In this document: positions 1-8,997 of the stretch, piece by piece
Layout: every line of letters begins with the position of its first letter
How positions within the stretch are numbered: the stretch's first letter is position 1
Source: Woeseia sp.
GTDB taxonomy: Bacteria; Pseudomonadota; Gammaproteobacteria; Steroidobacterales; Woeseiaceae
DNA: 64,000 nt
NCBI GenBank assembly: GCA_040902105.1
Contig: JBBDXW010000053.1
Span: 17,842 to 81,841, forward strand
Reading direction: 5' to 3'
Translations under genes and position numbers: made by a program
Notes under the pieces: model-generated
What the model was told of the DNA's origin: nothing
The model's input: only the letters and a program-made list of their open reading frames with translations
Database searches by the model: none

Positions 1-783
1 ATGCATGCCCTGCCCATCGTCGTCTTCGGCCCAGGCGGACAAGGAGATGTCGCCGATGCCCATGGACTCGCGCACCTTGCAGCCAAATGCCTCCTCGATG
101 CGCTCGCGGATCAACGGATCGCCCCCACCCGGCTCGCCCGCCGTGATCATGTTCGTGAGGCCCAGCGTCCGCGTGTCGATGCCCCGTTGCTGGCACCAGT
201 CGATGAGGTGAAGCCCGTAAGAAGGCGTGCAACTGATGCCGGTAGCGCCGAGCTGCTGAATAGCTCCGACCAGGCGCTCCGTATTGCCGGTGCCCACCGG
301 AATGACGGTGCAGCCAATCTTGTCGAATCCGTAATACACCGCGCCGGCTACGAATGGACCGGCGTTGAAACCGACGGCGATGCGTTGGCCTGGAAGGAAG
401 CCTGCGGCCGTATAGCCGCGCGCCACGTTCGTCGCATAGATTTCGAGATCCTGCCGTGTCAGTCCGATGTAGCACGGTGCGCCCGTGGTGCCACTCGTGC
501 TGTACACGCGCCGCAGTGCCTCTGGCCGGCAGGCGAGATGGTCCCCAAACGGCGGAACTGACGCTTGTGTCTTTCTAAGCTCGTCCTTCTCCGTGAACGG
601 CAGGCTCGCGATATCGTCCAGCTCACCGACGTCCTCGGAATTGCGGAATTCGGCCGCTTCCAGCTTCTTTTGGTAGAAGGGCGAATTGGCGAGTAAATAC
701 TCTATCTGCTTCCGATAGCTCTTTCGGTCGATCGCGAACTGTTCCTCGACCGGGCGGGTTTCGACTGTCTCGTCATACATCAT
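1..783 (-). CDS. phenylacetate-CoA ligase family (PaaK / F390-synthetase-like) adenylate-forming enzyme, 3-prime part cut by window edge
   Basis: Hand translation of the minus strand from ATG at 783 gives MMYDETVETRPVEEQFAIDRKSYRKQIEYLLANSPFYQKKLE...LRRVYSTSGTTGAPCYIGLTRQDLEIYA...TAGEPGGG. The frame stays open to position 1, so it is absent from the ORF track. The SGTTG adenylation motif and N-terminal layout match PaaK-type ligases. Confidence 0.75.
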   Translation of the reverse strand, partial: MMYDETVETRPVEEQFAIDRKSYRKQIEYLLANSPFYQKKLEAAEFRNSEDVGELDDIASLPFTEKDELRKTQASVPPFGDHLACRPEALRRVYSTSGTTGAPCYIGLTRQDLEIYATNVARGYTAAGFLPGQRIAVGFNAGPFVAGAVYYGFDKIGCTVIPVGTGNTERLVGAIQQLGATGISCTPSYGLHLIDWCQQRGIDTRTLGLTNMITAGEPGGGDPLIRERIEEAFGCKVRESMGIGDISLSAWAEDDDGQGMH

Positions 784-795
784 GAAGCGGTTGCG

Positions 796-1338
796 CTAAC
801 GATGGTACGCCTCGTTGTTTGGCGAGTGATCGCCGGCGAGCCATCTCTTCAGCTCACTGCGCGCCTTGCCGCGCTGCTCTTTGTTTATCTGCTCGACGTT
901 CTCATGGTCGACCGTGAACTCGACGAGCAGCTTCGCCGGATCCATCACGTACAGCGAATAGCAATAGCCGTGATTCAGGATGTACGTGTCGGGTGGCTTG
1001 TATCCCGCGGCGGCCAGCCGGTCGCGGATACCGTCCTGCGCCTCCTGATCCACCTTCATCGCCAGGTGACGGAAAGGCGACAGTGCGAGTTCAGGCCCGA
1101 ATTCCTTGTGGTCCTCCGGGTCCGCGAACTGGAAGAACGCCAGGCACTCACCGTTGCCGATGTCGAAAAAGCAATGCATGTAGGTGCGTTCCTTGCCGAA
1201 CAGGTCCGCTTTCTCGCACCACGTAGCGGCCAGCGGAAAACCGATAATCCCTTCGTAGAATGTCCTGACGGCTTCCATGTCAGTCGTGACATGCGCATTA
1301 TGGTGCAGCCGGCCGGAAGTTTTTGGTTTCGCGTTCAC
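796..1338 (-). CDS. VOC (glyoxalase/bleomycin-resistance/dioxygenase) family protein
   Basis: ORF track 796..1368. HHNAHVTTDMEAVRTFYEGIIGF fits the VOC N-terminal module. Start moved to GTG at 1338, which has GGGGAGG about 6 nt upstream (hand-read). The 1368 GTG has no RBS. Confidence 0.75.
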   Translation of the reverse strand: MNAKPKTSGRLHHNAHVTTDMEAVRTFYEGIIGFPLAATWCEKADLFGKERTYMHCFFDIGNGECLAFFQFADPEDHKEFGPELALSPFRHLAMKVDQEAQDGIRDRLAAAGYKPPDTYILNHGYCYSLYVMDPAKLLVEFTVDHENVEQINKEQRGKARSELKRWLAGDHSPNNEAYHR

Positions 1339-1370
1339 CAGTGTCCTCCCCTGATCGTGTCCTTCCACGA

Positions 1371-3605
1371 TCAGAAATGTTTAATAAAGCTCACTCCATA
1401 TCGCCGTGGCGGTGCCTTGAAGAGGAAGTGCGCTCCCGGCGCCGGGCCGGGTGAGAACTCACTGTTGTACTCCTCGTCCAGGGCGTTTTTTGCCCACAGC
1501 ATCAGGGACCAGTTGTCTTCCATGTCCAGGCCTATTCGCACGTCCACCAGGTCCACCGGGCTCCGCACGGAAAGATTGCCCGGATCCCACCACGTGTCAC
1601 CGATTTTCTGGTAGTCGATGCGAACGACGCCGTCGGTGTTCAGGCCGAAGACCTCGATGGGGTAACGGAAGACGCCGCCCAGGTTTATCGTGTATTCCGA
1701 TACCAGCGGCGCTTGATTACCGACATCTGCAGGGTCGGCAGCTTGCTTGATTTCGCTGTCGGTATAACCGACACCGAAGTAACCGCTCAAGTAATCGTTG
1801 AACTGCGCATTTCCCTCGAGCTCGAATCCCATGTACTCTGTTTCCGGAATGCTGCCGAGATTCTGCGTGCTGGTACCCGGGTCGAAGAAGAAGAAATACG
1901 CGCCTTCGAAGTCGGTATAGAACGCACTCAAGGAGGTAAAAATACGGCCGCCAGCGAAGACCGACTTTACCCCCACTTCGTAAGTGTCGGCTATCTGCTC
2001 ATCGAAAAGATCCTCGATTCCCGGCTCCGGCACTGCCTCGCCTACGCCTGACTGGTTGAACCCGCCGCTACGGAATCCGCGGCTGTAGCCGCCATAGACA
2101 GTGACGTCCTCGTTGGGCATGTAGCGCAGCGTAAGCTTCGGCTGCAGATCGCTCCAGGTCTCCTCGCGCACCGTTCCCGGCACGATCTGGATACCGGTGA
2201 AATCGCCGTGCGGCGGTTCTGTGAGAGTCGTGTTCTCACGGGTGTCCTCGTCGTAACGCAGCGAGACGGCCGCTTCGAACGTGTCGCTCAGGTCCCAGGC
2301 CGCCTCGCCGAAGACCGCCCAGGCGAAGTTGTCCTGTCCATCCGCGAGCAGACCGAGCTGCGGGCTCGGGTCTGTCATGCCGTCGGTGAACACTGAGGGC
2401 CTCGGGTCGCGATAGACCGGGAAGACGCCGTTGCCCAGGTCGATCTGGTTGCCGGTCGAGATAAAGCGGTCGGTCGAGATTCCGTAGGCACCAACGATCC
2501 AGCGAAAGCGCTGTTCAGTCGGGGAGGCAAAACGGAATTCCTGGCTCCAGGAATCGGTGTCGAGGAACTGGGTCTGGCTCAGGTCCACGACAGCTTCGCC
2601 GGTCAGGAACCGGATGAAGTCTCCAAATCCGCTCGTCTCGACGTTCAGGAACGATTCTTCACGCGGCAGGAAACTGAACTGGTCGCCGGTAAGCAACTCT
2701 TCAAGATCGTCGTAAGCCGTGATGGACGTGAAAGACCCGTAGTCTCTCTCCCATTCGAGCTTGAGGCTGAACGTCAACATATCACGCTCGTTGACGCCGG
2801 GATTGTTGACGCGAACCGGCAGGCTCGTATCGTCGACTTCGGCTGCGATATTGAAGTAAAGGGCCTGCGTATCGAGCGCCGATGCGCTGAACCGCAGATC
2901 GGCCGAGAACGCATCGGACGGCTCCCACAGCAGCTTCAACCTTCCCGACACGTCTTTGTAAGGATCGGCTTCCTCGCCCAGGAACGTATTATCGATGTAG
3001 CCGTCGGTATCCACGTACGAGCCGGACAAGCGGTACTTCAAAGTATCCGAACTGCCCACCGGACCGCTGACAGTGCCGCGGGCGGTGTAACCGGGACCGG
3101 AATCAGCGCCGATTTCGAACTTGCCGGCCATTTCGTCGGTGGGTTGCTGAGTAACGATGGTGATTGCCCCGCCGATTGCGTTTCTCCCGTACAGCGCGCC
3201 CTGTGGACCGCGCAGCACCTCGATCTGCTGGATGTCGAACAACTGCTGGTTGAATTGCGCCGGATTGCTCATCAGCACACCGTCCACCAGCACCGCCACG
3301 GACATTTCGCTGTTCCGCGCCTGGGATATTCCGCGAACATTGATAAAGGAGTTGCCCGCATTCTGGGTCTGCACCAGGGTGACGTTCGGCGTGAGCCCGA
3401 TGAAATCGTGCGGCGTCTCGATTCCGGCCGATGCGATCTCTGCCTCGGTAAAGGCTCGAACGGAGACCGGACTTTCCTCCAGCGTTTCAGCCCGCTTGCG
3501 GGCCGTAACGACGATTTCTTCGAGTGTCTGCGCCTGCGCCAGAACGTCGGTCCCTGCCAGCGCAGCTGACACCGAAAGCAGGATGACCTTGATCGCCACT
3601 TTCAT
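1371..3605 (-). CDS. TonB-dependent outer-membrane receptor
   Basis: 744 aa. Signal peptide MKVAIKVILLSVSAALAGTDVLAQA, plug-type motif EEIVVTARKRAETLEESPVSV, C-terminal aromatic residue (..SFIKHF). GGGGGAG RBS before the ATG. Confidence 0.92.
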   Translation of the reverse strand: MKVAIKVILLSVSAALAGTDVLAQAQTLEEIVVTARKRAETLEESPVSVRAFTEAEIASAGIETPHDFIGLTPNVTLVQTQNAGNSFINVRGISQARNSEMSVAVLVDGVLMSNPAQFNQQLFDIQQIEVLRGPQGALYGRNAIGGAITIVTQQPTDEMAGKFEIGADSGPGYTARGTVSGPVGSSDTLKYRLSGSYVDTDGYIDNTFLGEEADPYKDVSGRLKLLWEPSDAFSADLRFSASALDTQALYFNIAAEVDDTSLPVRVNNPGVNERDMLTFSLKLEWERDYGSFTSITAYDDLEELLTGDQFSFLPREESFLNVETSGFGDFIRFLTGEAVVDLSQTQFLDTDSWSQEFRFASPTEQRFRWIVGAYGISTDRFISTGNQIDLGNGVFPVYRDPRPSVFTDGMTDPSPQLGLLADGQDNFAWAVFGEAAWDLSDTFEAAVSLRYDEDTRENTTLTEPPHGDFTGIQIVPGTVREETWSDLQPKLTLRYMPNEDVTVYGGYSRGFRSGGFNQSGVGEAVPEPGIEDLFDEQIADTYEVGVKSVFAGGRIFTSLSAFYTDFEGAYFFFFDPGTSTQNLGSIPETEYMGFELEGNAQFNDYLSGYFGVGYTDSEIKQAADPADVGNQAPLVSEYTINLGGVFRYPIEVFGLNTDGVVRIDYQKIGDTWWDPGNLSVRSPVDLVDVRIGLDMEDNWSLMLWAKNALDEEYNSEFSPGPAPGAHFLFKAPPRRYGVSFIKHF

Positions 3606-3710
3606 TGTTGCTCCCCCATATGTTCTGCAACGGCATTCGGCAGCATGCTATGATTTTCGCATAGCGAAATCAAATTCGATTAGCGAAAAACAAGGCAAGG
3701 GAGGCTTTCG

Positions 3711-4481
3711 ATGGCTGACAGGAAAAAGGCTCGCGCCGCCACGGCGATCTGCAAATTCGACGCAGACAAGATACTGGTACGGGGCCGGAACCTGGTCGAT
3801 GAGATCATGGGGAACTACTCCTTCTGCGAGCTGTTGATACTGCAGGCGCTCGGCCGGGAACCGACGAAGCTGCAAAGCCGCATCGTCGACGCGGTGCTGG
3901 TCACCATCATGGAGCACGGACTGGTCCCGTCGGCCGTCGTTACGCGCCTGACGCACAGCGGCGCGCCGGAGTCGTTCCAGGGAGCGATCGCGGCCGGACT
4001 GCTGGGGATCGGGGACCGTTACGCCGGCACCGCCGCGGAATGCGGCGCCATGCTGGAGCGTATCGTTGCGGCGCCCGTCGCAGAACGTCCGGGGAAAGCG
4101 CGTGAAGAAGTCGCGGCCTGCAGGGAGATGCGCCAGCCCGTGCCCGGCTTCGGACATCCGGTCCACCAAACCAAAGACCCGCGGGTCGAGCGCCTTCTCG
4201 ACATCGCAAGGGAGGCCGGCGCCGGCGGGACCTTCATCGATGCAATGGAGCTGCTCGCCGACAGCGTCCGCAAGGAACTGGCGAAACCTTTGGTGACGAA
4301 CATCAGCGCGGCCATCGCCGCGGTGCTCGGCGAAGCGGAAATACCCGCCCGCATGATGCGGGGAATCGTCCTGACGGCGCGTTGCGCGGGCCTGGTCGGT
4401 CACCTGCTCGAGGAAATGGGCACGCCGATCGCCGACGATATGTGGCTCGCGGCGAGAGCGGCCGTCGAGTCCCCGGACTGA
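3711..4481 (+). CDS. citrate synthase-like / citryl-CoA lyase family protein (short form)
   Basis: 256 aa with PGFGHPVHQTKDPR, which resembles the citrate synthase catalytic-His motif GFGHRVYK..DPR. GGAGG RBS upstream of the ATG. Confidence 0.7.
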   Translation: MADRKKARAATAICKFDADKILVRGRNLVDEIMGNYSFCELLILQALGREPTKLQSRIVDAVLVTIMEHGLVPSAVVTRLTHSGAPESFQGAIAAGLLGIGDRYAGTAAECGAMLERIVAAPVAERPGKAREEVAACREMRQPVPGFGHPVHQTKDPRVERLLDIAREAGAGGTFIDAMELLADSVRKELAKPLVTNISAAIAAVLGEAEIPARMMRGIVLTARCAGLVGHLLEEMGTPIADDMWLAARAAVESPD

Positions 4482-4492
4482 CCGTCGCAACA

Positions 4493-5332
4493 ATGTGGGT
4501 CGACGTCGATGGCGGCAGGCTCCACGTCGAGACGGCGGGTCGCGGATCTCCGATTCTGCTGCTGCACGGTTGGCCGCTGGACCACCGGATATTCGAGCCC
4601 CAGATTCGATACCTCGAGCGATTCTTCCATGTCGTCGCGTTCGACCGCCGCGGATTCGGCCGATCGGAGGCGCCTCCCGATCTCTGCCGGGAACTCGACG
4701 ACATGGACAGGATCCTTGAAGCTCTCGATTTCCCGACCGTGCACCTGCTCGGCATGTCGCAGGGTGCCCGGATCGCGCTGCGTTTCGCGATCAGGAGGCC
4801 GCGGCGCATTCGATCGCTGATCGTGCAGGCACCGGCGGTCGACGGAATCGCTCTTGACGAACCCGAATCAGAGCGGATTCCCATCGAGGAATTCGCGAGG
4901 CTGGCTCGTGCCGGAAAGATGGACGAGGTGCACAAGCGCTGGCTCGCTCACCCGATGATGGCGCTCGGCCCCGGACACGAGCGGGCGCGGCGCCGGGTCG
5001 AGGAAATCGTCGCGGGTTACGAGGGCAAGGACCTGCTCGACTACTCACCGGCACGGCAGGCCTTTCCGCACGACGTACTCGACCGGCTATCGCGATTCGA
5101 GCAACGCTGCCTGGTACTGACCGGCGCACGCGAGACCGCGATCCGCCGCGAGCATGCACGGAGGCTGCTCGAATCGCTGCCCCGCGGTGAGGAGATCGTG
5201 TTCGAGCACAGCGGTCATCTCAGCAATCTCACCGAGGAGCACGCCTACAACCGGCAGGTCGCGGCCTTCTGCGCAAGGGTTGACGGCGACGAGCAGGACG
5301 CGGTCGATTCGGATCGAACGATCAGGAGCTGA
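4493..5332 (+). CDS. alpha/beta-fold hydrolase
   Basis: ORF track 4382..5332. Internal ATG at 4493 gives MWVDVDGGRLHVETAGRGSPILLLHGWP...HLLGMSQGARIAL (nucleophile elbow GxSxG) ...EHSGHLSNLTE. The upstream part overlaps the previous gene. Confidence 0.85.
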   Translation: MWVDVDGGRLHVETAGRGSPILLLHGWPLDHRIFEPQIRYLERFFHVVAFDRRGFGRSEAPPDLCRELDDMDRILEALDFPTVHLLGMSQGARIALRFAIRRPRRIRSLIVQAPAVDGIALDEPESERIPIEEFARLARAGKMDEVHKRWLAHPMMALGPGHERARRRVEEIVAGYEGKDLLDYSPARQAFPHDVLDRLSRFEQRCLVLTGARETAIRREHARRLLESLPRGEEIVFEHSGHLSNLTEEHAYNRQVAAFCARVDGDEQDAVDSDRTIRS

Positions 5333-6173
5333 CGCTCTTGATCGAGTGAACGAGGATCGGGTAGCGCCTGAGCTCGATCTCGATGCTTTTCGCCGCAGCC
5401 AGCAACCGGGGCAGCCGGGTCTTGACCATCTCCACCTGGTTCACGCGCGTCGTCGCGGTCGAGCAATTGATCGCCGCGAGAATACGGCCGTCGGCGCCGA
5501 ACACAGGAACGGAGACGGATACGATGCCGTAGTCCAGCTCATCCTGGATCGATGCATATCCGTCGCGCCTGCAGCGGTTCAGTATCCGGCGGAGCTTCGT
5601 CACCGACGTCAAGGTCTTGTTGGTGAGCTTGTGCATTTTGACTTCGGCAAGGTACTTGTCGATGTGCTGCTCCGGCTGGTGCGCCAGCAGCACCCGGCCG
5701 AGCGACGTCGGATAGGCGGGAAACCGGGTGCCGAAGCCCGCCACGAGCCGGACCATGCGATTCGTGGACACGTGTACCAGGTACAGGATGTCGAAATGCG
5801 AGAGCACCGCGAGAGACGAACTGTCGCCCGTACGGTCCCGAACCTCCTGCAGATAGGGCCGGACCACCTCCTCCAGGTTCATGGATTCCAGGAATGCCGA
5901 CGCAAAACCCATGACCTCCGGCGTCAGCAGGAACAGCTTGCCCTTTCTGCCGACGTAGCCCAGGTCCACGAGTGTGTTGAGGCAGCGCCGGGCGACAGCA
6001 GGGCTGAGCTCGGTCACGACGGCCACCTCGCTCAGTGTCATCTCCGGCCGCTCCTTGGTGAAGGACCGAAGCACCGACAAACCACGGGCAAGCGTCGTCA
6101 GGTACTCGCCCTTCTTTATGGGCTTCTCGTCAGCGGCATTCAAATTGATGGCGTCTCCCGGAAAACCCGGCAC
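5322..6173 (-). CDS. IclR-family transcriptional regulator
   Basis: 283 aa. N-terminal wHTH YLTTLARGLSVLRSFTKERPEMTLSEVAVVTELSPAVARRCLNTLVDLGYV followed by an IclR effector domain. GTG start, exact start uncertain. Confidence 0.85.
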   Translation of the reverse strand: MPGFPGDAINLNAADEKPIKKGEYLTTLARGLSVLRSFTKERPEMTLSEVAVVTELSPAVARRCLNTLVDLGYVGRKGKLFLLTPEVMGFASAFLESMNLEEVVRPYLQEVRDRTGDSSSLAVLSHFDILYLVHVSTNRMVRLVAGFGTRFPAYPTSLGRVLLAHQPEQHIDKYLAEVKMHKLTNKTLTSVTKLRRILNRCRRDGYASIQDELDYGIVSVSVPVFGADGRILAAINCSTATTRVNQVEMVKTRLPRLLAAAKSIEIELRRYPILVHSIKSVSS

Positions 6174-6249
6174 GTGAGTCCACTGGATGGCGGCATTCTA
6201 CCAGTACGAATCCCGGCGCTTCGTCGGGGCCTACGGTTGACGGACAAAA

Positions 6250-6283
6250 GCGAATGCTTCTCATTCAGAAAATCCCTCCGCGG
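6250..6283. repeat. 34-bp direct repeat, copy A (partner at 9781-9814)
   Basis: gcgaatgcttctcattcagaaaatccctccgcgg versus gcgaatgcttctcactcaaataatccctccgcgg, 31/34 identical, same orientation. On the minus strand it reads GGAGGG-N9-ATG/GTG AGA AGC ATT CGC. Confidence 0.7.
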
Positions 6284-6401
6284 AAGATTCCGACAGGGCC
6301 GCATGATCGGGAACAGGCCTTCGGCGGCGTGAACTTACGCTTTCGATTGCCTGTCTCAGGACGAGGTGTGGCTTGGGTGCAGGAACAAGGGATCGGCAGG
6401 C

Positions 6402-7124
6402 ATGAATACGAAGGGATATGCGTTGGCTGCAGTGCTGTTCCTGAGTGCTTCGAGCAACCCCGAAGAGGTCCACGCGGCGCCGCAATGGATTGAGGGAACC
6501 CACTACTTTCGCATTGTGCCAGCGCAGCCAACGCCTGTTGCCGAAGGCAAAGTAGAGGTGACCGACGTGCTCTCATACGGCTGTCCGGCGTGCAATCAGT
6601 TCCTGCCGGTCATGAAGAAGATCGAGTCGAGCCTGCCACCCGACGCCGAGCTCACGCGGGTGCCTGCATCGTTCAATCCCGCGGAGCAGTGGCCGATGTT
6701 TCAGCGCGCCTATTACGCCGCCAAGGCGCTGAACGTGGACGAACAGACTCACCTTGCTATGTTCAACGCGGTCTGGACGACCGGCGAGCTGGCAGTAGTC
6801 GATCGACGGACCCGCCGGCTCACGAGCCCGCCGCCGAGTATCGAGGACGTAGCGAAATTCTACGCCCGCAACAGCGACGTGACGGAAGAGCAGTTCCTGG
6901 CCGCGGCAAAATCCTTCGAAGTCGCCATCGATATGCGACGTGCGGATCACTGGATCAAGGCGTGTGGCGTCGACCGCACGCCGTCGATCGTCGTCAACGG
7001 CAAATATCGACTGCATGTAGAGTCCGCCGGAGGCACTGATGAGCTGATCGAGCTCGTGAACTGGCTAATCGCGCGAGAGAGCAGCGCAGCCGATGCCGCG
7101 GCGGCTTCATCCGGATCGAGATAG
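6402..7124 (+). CDS. dsbA: thiol:disulfide interchange protein, DsbA family
   Basis: ORF track 6366..7124. ATG at 6402 gives signal peptide MNTKGYALAAVLFLSASS. Thioredoxin active site YGCPACNQF. Confidence 0.85.
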   Translation: MNTKGYALAAVLFLSASSNPEEVHAAPQWIEGTHYFRIVPAQPTPVAEGKVEVTDVLSYGCPACNQFLPVMKKIESSLPPDAELTRVPASFNPAEQWPMFQRAYYAAKALNVDEQTHLAMFNAVWTTGELAVVDRRTRRLTSPPPSIEDVAKFYARNSDVTEEQFLAAAKSFEVAIDMRRADHWIKACGVDRTPSIVVNGKYRLHVESAGGTDELIELVNWLIARESSAADAAAASSGSR

Positions 7125-7278
7125 GCCACCTGCCGGGTATGCTGTCCGCCGATCGTCGAGGATCTCCCGTCGAGGATCTCCCGATCCGCATCCGTGCCGG
7201 CGTCCCGCCGGTGCGCGGCGACAATGACGGGAAAACCTGATGTCATACTAGTCATATGAGTAGTAAGTGGAGCCGACC

Positions 7279-7503
7279 ATGGGTACGAAGCGAGATGCCG
7301 TTCGAGAGAGCGCACAGACGTATCGGATCAAAATGAAGAAGCTGGGATTTCGGCAGGTCAATCTCTGGGTGCCGGATACTCGCTCACCGAATTTCAAGAA
7401 GGAGTGCCGCCGTCAGTCACGGCTGGCTGCAGCCGCCGAGCGATCCGAACAGATCGACGGGTTATTGAACGGTGCCGCCGGATCGGTGGAAGGCTGGACG
7501 TGA
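7279..7503 (+). CDS. MazE-like antitoxin (DUF3018 family)
   Basis: MGTKRDAVRESAQTYRIKMKKLGFRQVNLWVPDTRSPNFKKECRRQSRLAAAAE. The GFRxVxxWVPDTRxPxFxxECRRQS core is the DUF3018 antitoxin signature. ATG at 7279 has GTGGAG upstream. The stop overlaps the next GTG (GTGA). Confidence 0.75.
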   Translation: MGTKRDAVRESAQTYRIKMKKLGFRQVNLWVPDTRSPNFKKECRRQSRLAAAAERSEQIDGLLNGAAGSVEGWT

Positions 7504-7577
7504 AACGCGGCGATGTCGTCACAGTTGCCGTGAGCCGGGTAAGCCGTGCTTTGTCGGTTTGGCGGGGGATTGCTTAA
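7500..7577 (+). pseudogene. truncated PemK/MazF-family toxin gene (only 25 codons in frame)
   Basis: GTG at 7500 overlaps the mazE-like stop. It reads VKRGDVVTVAVSRVSRALSVWRGIA-stop. VKRGDVVTVA matches the usual MazF/PemK N-terminus (MKRGD.VTVA..GD.GKPRP) and homology is lost after about 12 residues. Confidence 0.6.
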
Positions 7578-8392
7578 ACGAGAGCGGGACGCTTGGGCGT
7601 TGAACACTCCGTCGTCGCGCAGGTCCTCCAGTTATCCAGCGTGGTCGGCCCACCGTCCAGCATCTGCCGGTCGGCATCCGCGCCGGTGTCCCTGCCGGTA
7701 ACCAGCCGCTCCGCGAGCCGGCTGTAAGACATCCAGCGCCGCCAGACACTGCCTGCGGGCAGCTCGAGATCGTGAAGTGCGGCGCGATGATCGACGAGCG
7801 TCACCATGGCCGCGGCCAGCATCGTCAGTCTCCACACCACTGCAAAGATAAAGCGACGCCACCGACTACAGGCTTCGGCTCGCAGAAAGCTGCAGTGAAA
7901 ATACAGGTGGGAACGTTCGTCGTCGACGAGCTGCTCGAGCAGGGACCGCAAGCGGCTCGCAGGCAGGCGCGTGGCCAGCAAATGGTAGTAGCAGATCCCG
8001 ACCACTTCGGCGACCAGCAGGACCTTTAGCCGTAGCCCGAGCAGGCGCCGGGCAAAGACGAACAGGTCGGCTGTCCAGTTGCGGCGAATCAGGGAGCCGC
8101 CGAGGGTGCGCACACAGATCGCCAGGATTTCGGCATGGCGATGCTCTTCGGCGACGAAAAGCTGCATTGCCTCGGCGTAGTGTCCACCGGCGGTCTTGAT
8201 TCGGCTGTTGCGCGCCTGCGTGACGATCGTTCCGCCGCCCGATTCACCGAGTTGAAAGATCGCAAGCAAGCGGGCAACGGAATCCGGTACTTCTGAATAG
8301 TCCTGTGGATCGTCGAGCACTGGCAAGAGACGCCCGCTTCGCGCCGCAAAAAAATCCCGCCACGCCTGCCAGTTCGCATTCTTGTCGTTCAT
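7574..8392 (-). CDS. ferritin-like diiron-carboxylate family protein, function unknown
   Basis: 272 aa. Two ExxH-type motifs, FVAEEHRHAEIL and LVDDERSHLYF, spaced as in diiron oxygenases/desaturases. GAGGTGG RBS before the ATG at 8392. The stop abuts the mazF remnant stop. Confidence 0.65.
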   Translation of the reverse strand: MNDKNANWQAWRDFFAARSGRLLPVLDDPQDYSEVPDSVARLLAIFQLGESGGGTIVTQARNSRIKTAGGHYAEAMQLFVAEEHRHAEILAICVRTLGGSLIRRNWTADLFVFARRLLGLRLKVLLVAEVVGICYYHLLATRLPASRLRSLLEQLVDDERSHLYFHCSFLRAEACSRWRRFIFAVVWRLTMLAAAMVTLVDHRAALHDLELPAGSVWRRWMSYSRLAERLVTGRDTGADADRQMLDGGPTTLDNWRTCATTECSTPKRPALV

Positions 8393-8598
8393 GTCGCCAC
8401 CTCATCACCGTGTCCGTGCGTGATTTGTAGCAACGTAATCTGGTCGGCTTCTGGACAGATTGTGCCGAATTGTGGCGCCTGGACAGAACAACAGGAATTT
8501 CTGCACACGGCGAAACCCTGTCACTGCGCAAAGGCGCGTGGATCCCCGGCTAGGCAGCAGCCCGCGGCCCCTCGCCCCATCGCTTCTATACGCGATTG

Positions 8599-8997
8599 TC
8601 AGCGTATTCGCTTCGAGGCGTCGCGTGCAGGGCGATTGTATTTTTCGACGTACGAATCGAGCAGCCTGCAAATCATTTTCTGATACGGCGTGTTGTATTC
8701 TTTGGCCCTCGCCTTGAAGAATTCAACACTCGATCTGCTCAATGAAATTGTTACCTTTACCGATTCATCGCGGAAGGCGAGTTGATCTGGTGAAGGCAGA
8801 AAATCGTCGATAACCTCGACGTCGCCGAGAGAGTGTCGGGGCGCGAGTCCGATGGCGGCGATCAGTTCTTCTGCAGAGGCGGAAACAGCGGGAAGGTGAG
8901 AAGCGTCCGCCGACCGAGGTGAGGGTCGCGGCCGGCAGAGGCTCCGGCATCCCCGCCGACTCCACGAGCAAGTAATCGACGCGGCCCTCACGGGCAA
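8599..8997 (-). CDS. CopG/BrnA-like antitoxin C-terminal domain; N-terminus unclear, possibly 5-prime truncated
   Basis: The C-terminal part VIDDFLPSPDQLAFRDESVKVTISLSRSSVEFFKARAKEYNTPYQKMICRLLDSYVEKY (about 8599-8850) has the ribbon-helix-helix antitoxin pattern. There is no ATG/GTG near the domain start. The only in-frame start is TTG at 8997, and the residues it adds are Arg/Ser/Pro-rich and overlap a cobW-like fragment. Confidence 0.5.
   Translation of the reverse strand: MPVRAASITCSWSRRGCRSLCRPRPSPRSADASHLPAVSASAEELIAAIGLAPRHSLGDVEVIDDFLPSPDQLAFRDESVKVTISLSRSSVEFFKARAKEYNTPYQKMICRLLDSYVEKYNRPARDASKRIR

Noticed and set aside
7154-7181. Perfect 14-bp tandem duplication cgtcgaggatctcc x2 just after dsbA, and a similar 12-bp duplication cgtatcggtgcc x2 at 27245-27268.
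   Set aside because: There are only two copies each, with no spacers, so these are not CRISPR arrays or VNTRs. They are most simply replication-slippage duplications in intergenic DNA.
7221-7240. Possible attL: acaatgacgggaaaacctga weakly resembles the tRNA-Gly 3-prime segment gagcgggaaacgagg.
   Set aside because: Only about 10 of 13 positions match, and that needs a gap. This is indistinguishable from chance by eye and needs a proper alignment.
7538-7660. Possible frameshifted continuation of mazF (GKPCFVGLAGDCLNE in one frame, EHSVVAQVLQLSS in another), resembling GKPRP..V.QSD.FNEH..V.V.PLTS.
   Set aside because: The matches are short and require two frame changes and an insertion. The stretch overlaps the 3-prime end of the ferritin-like ORF. 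I cannot separate this from chance without TBLASTN.
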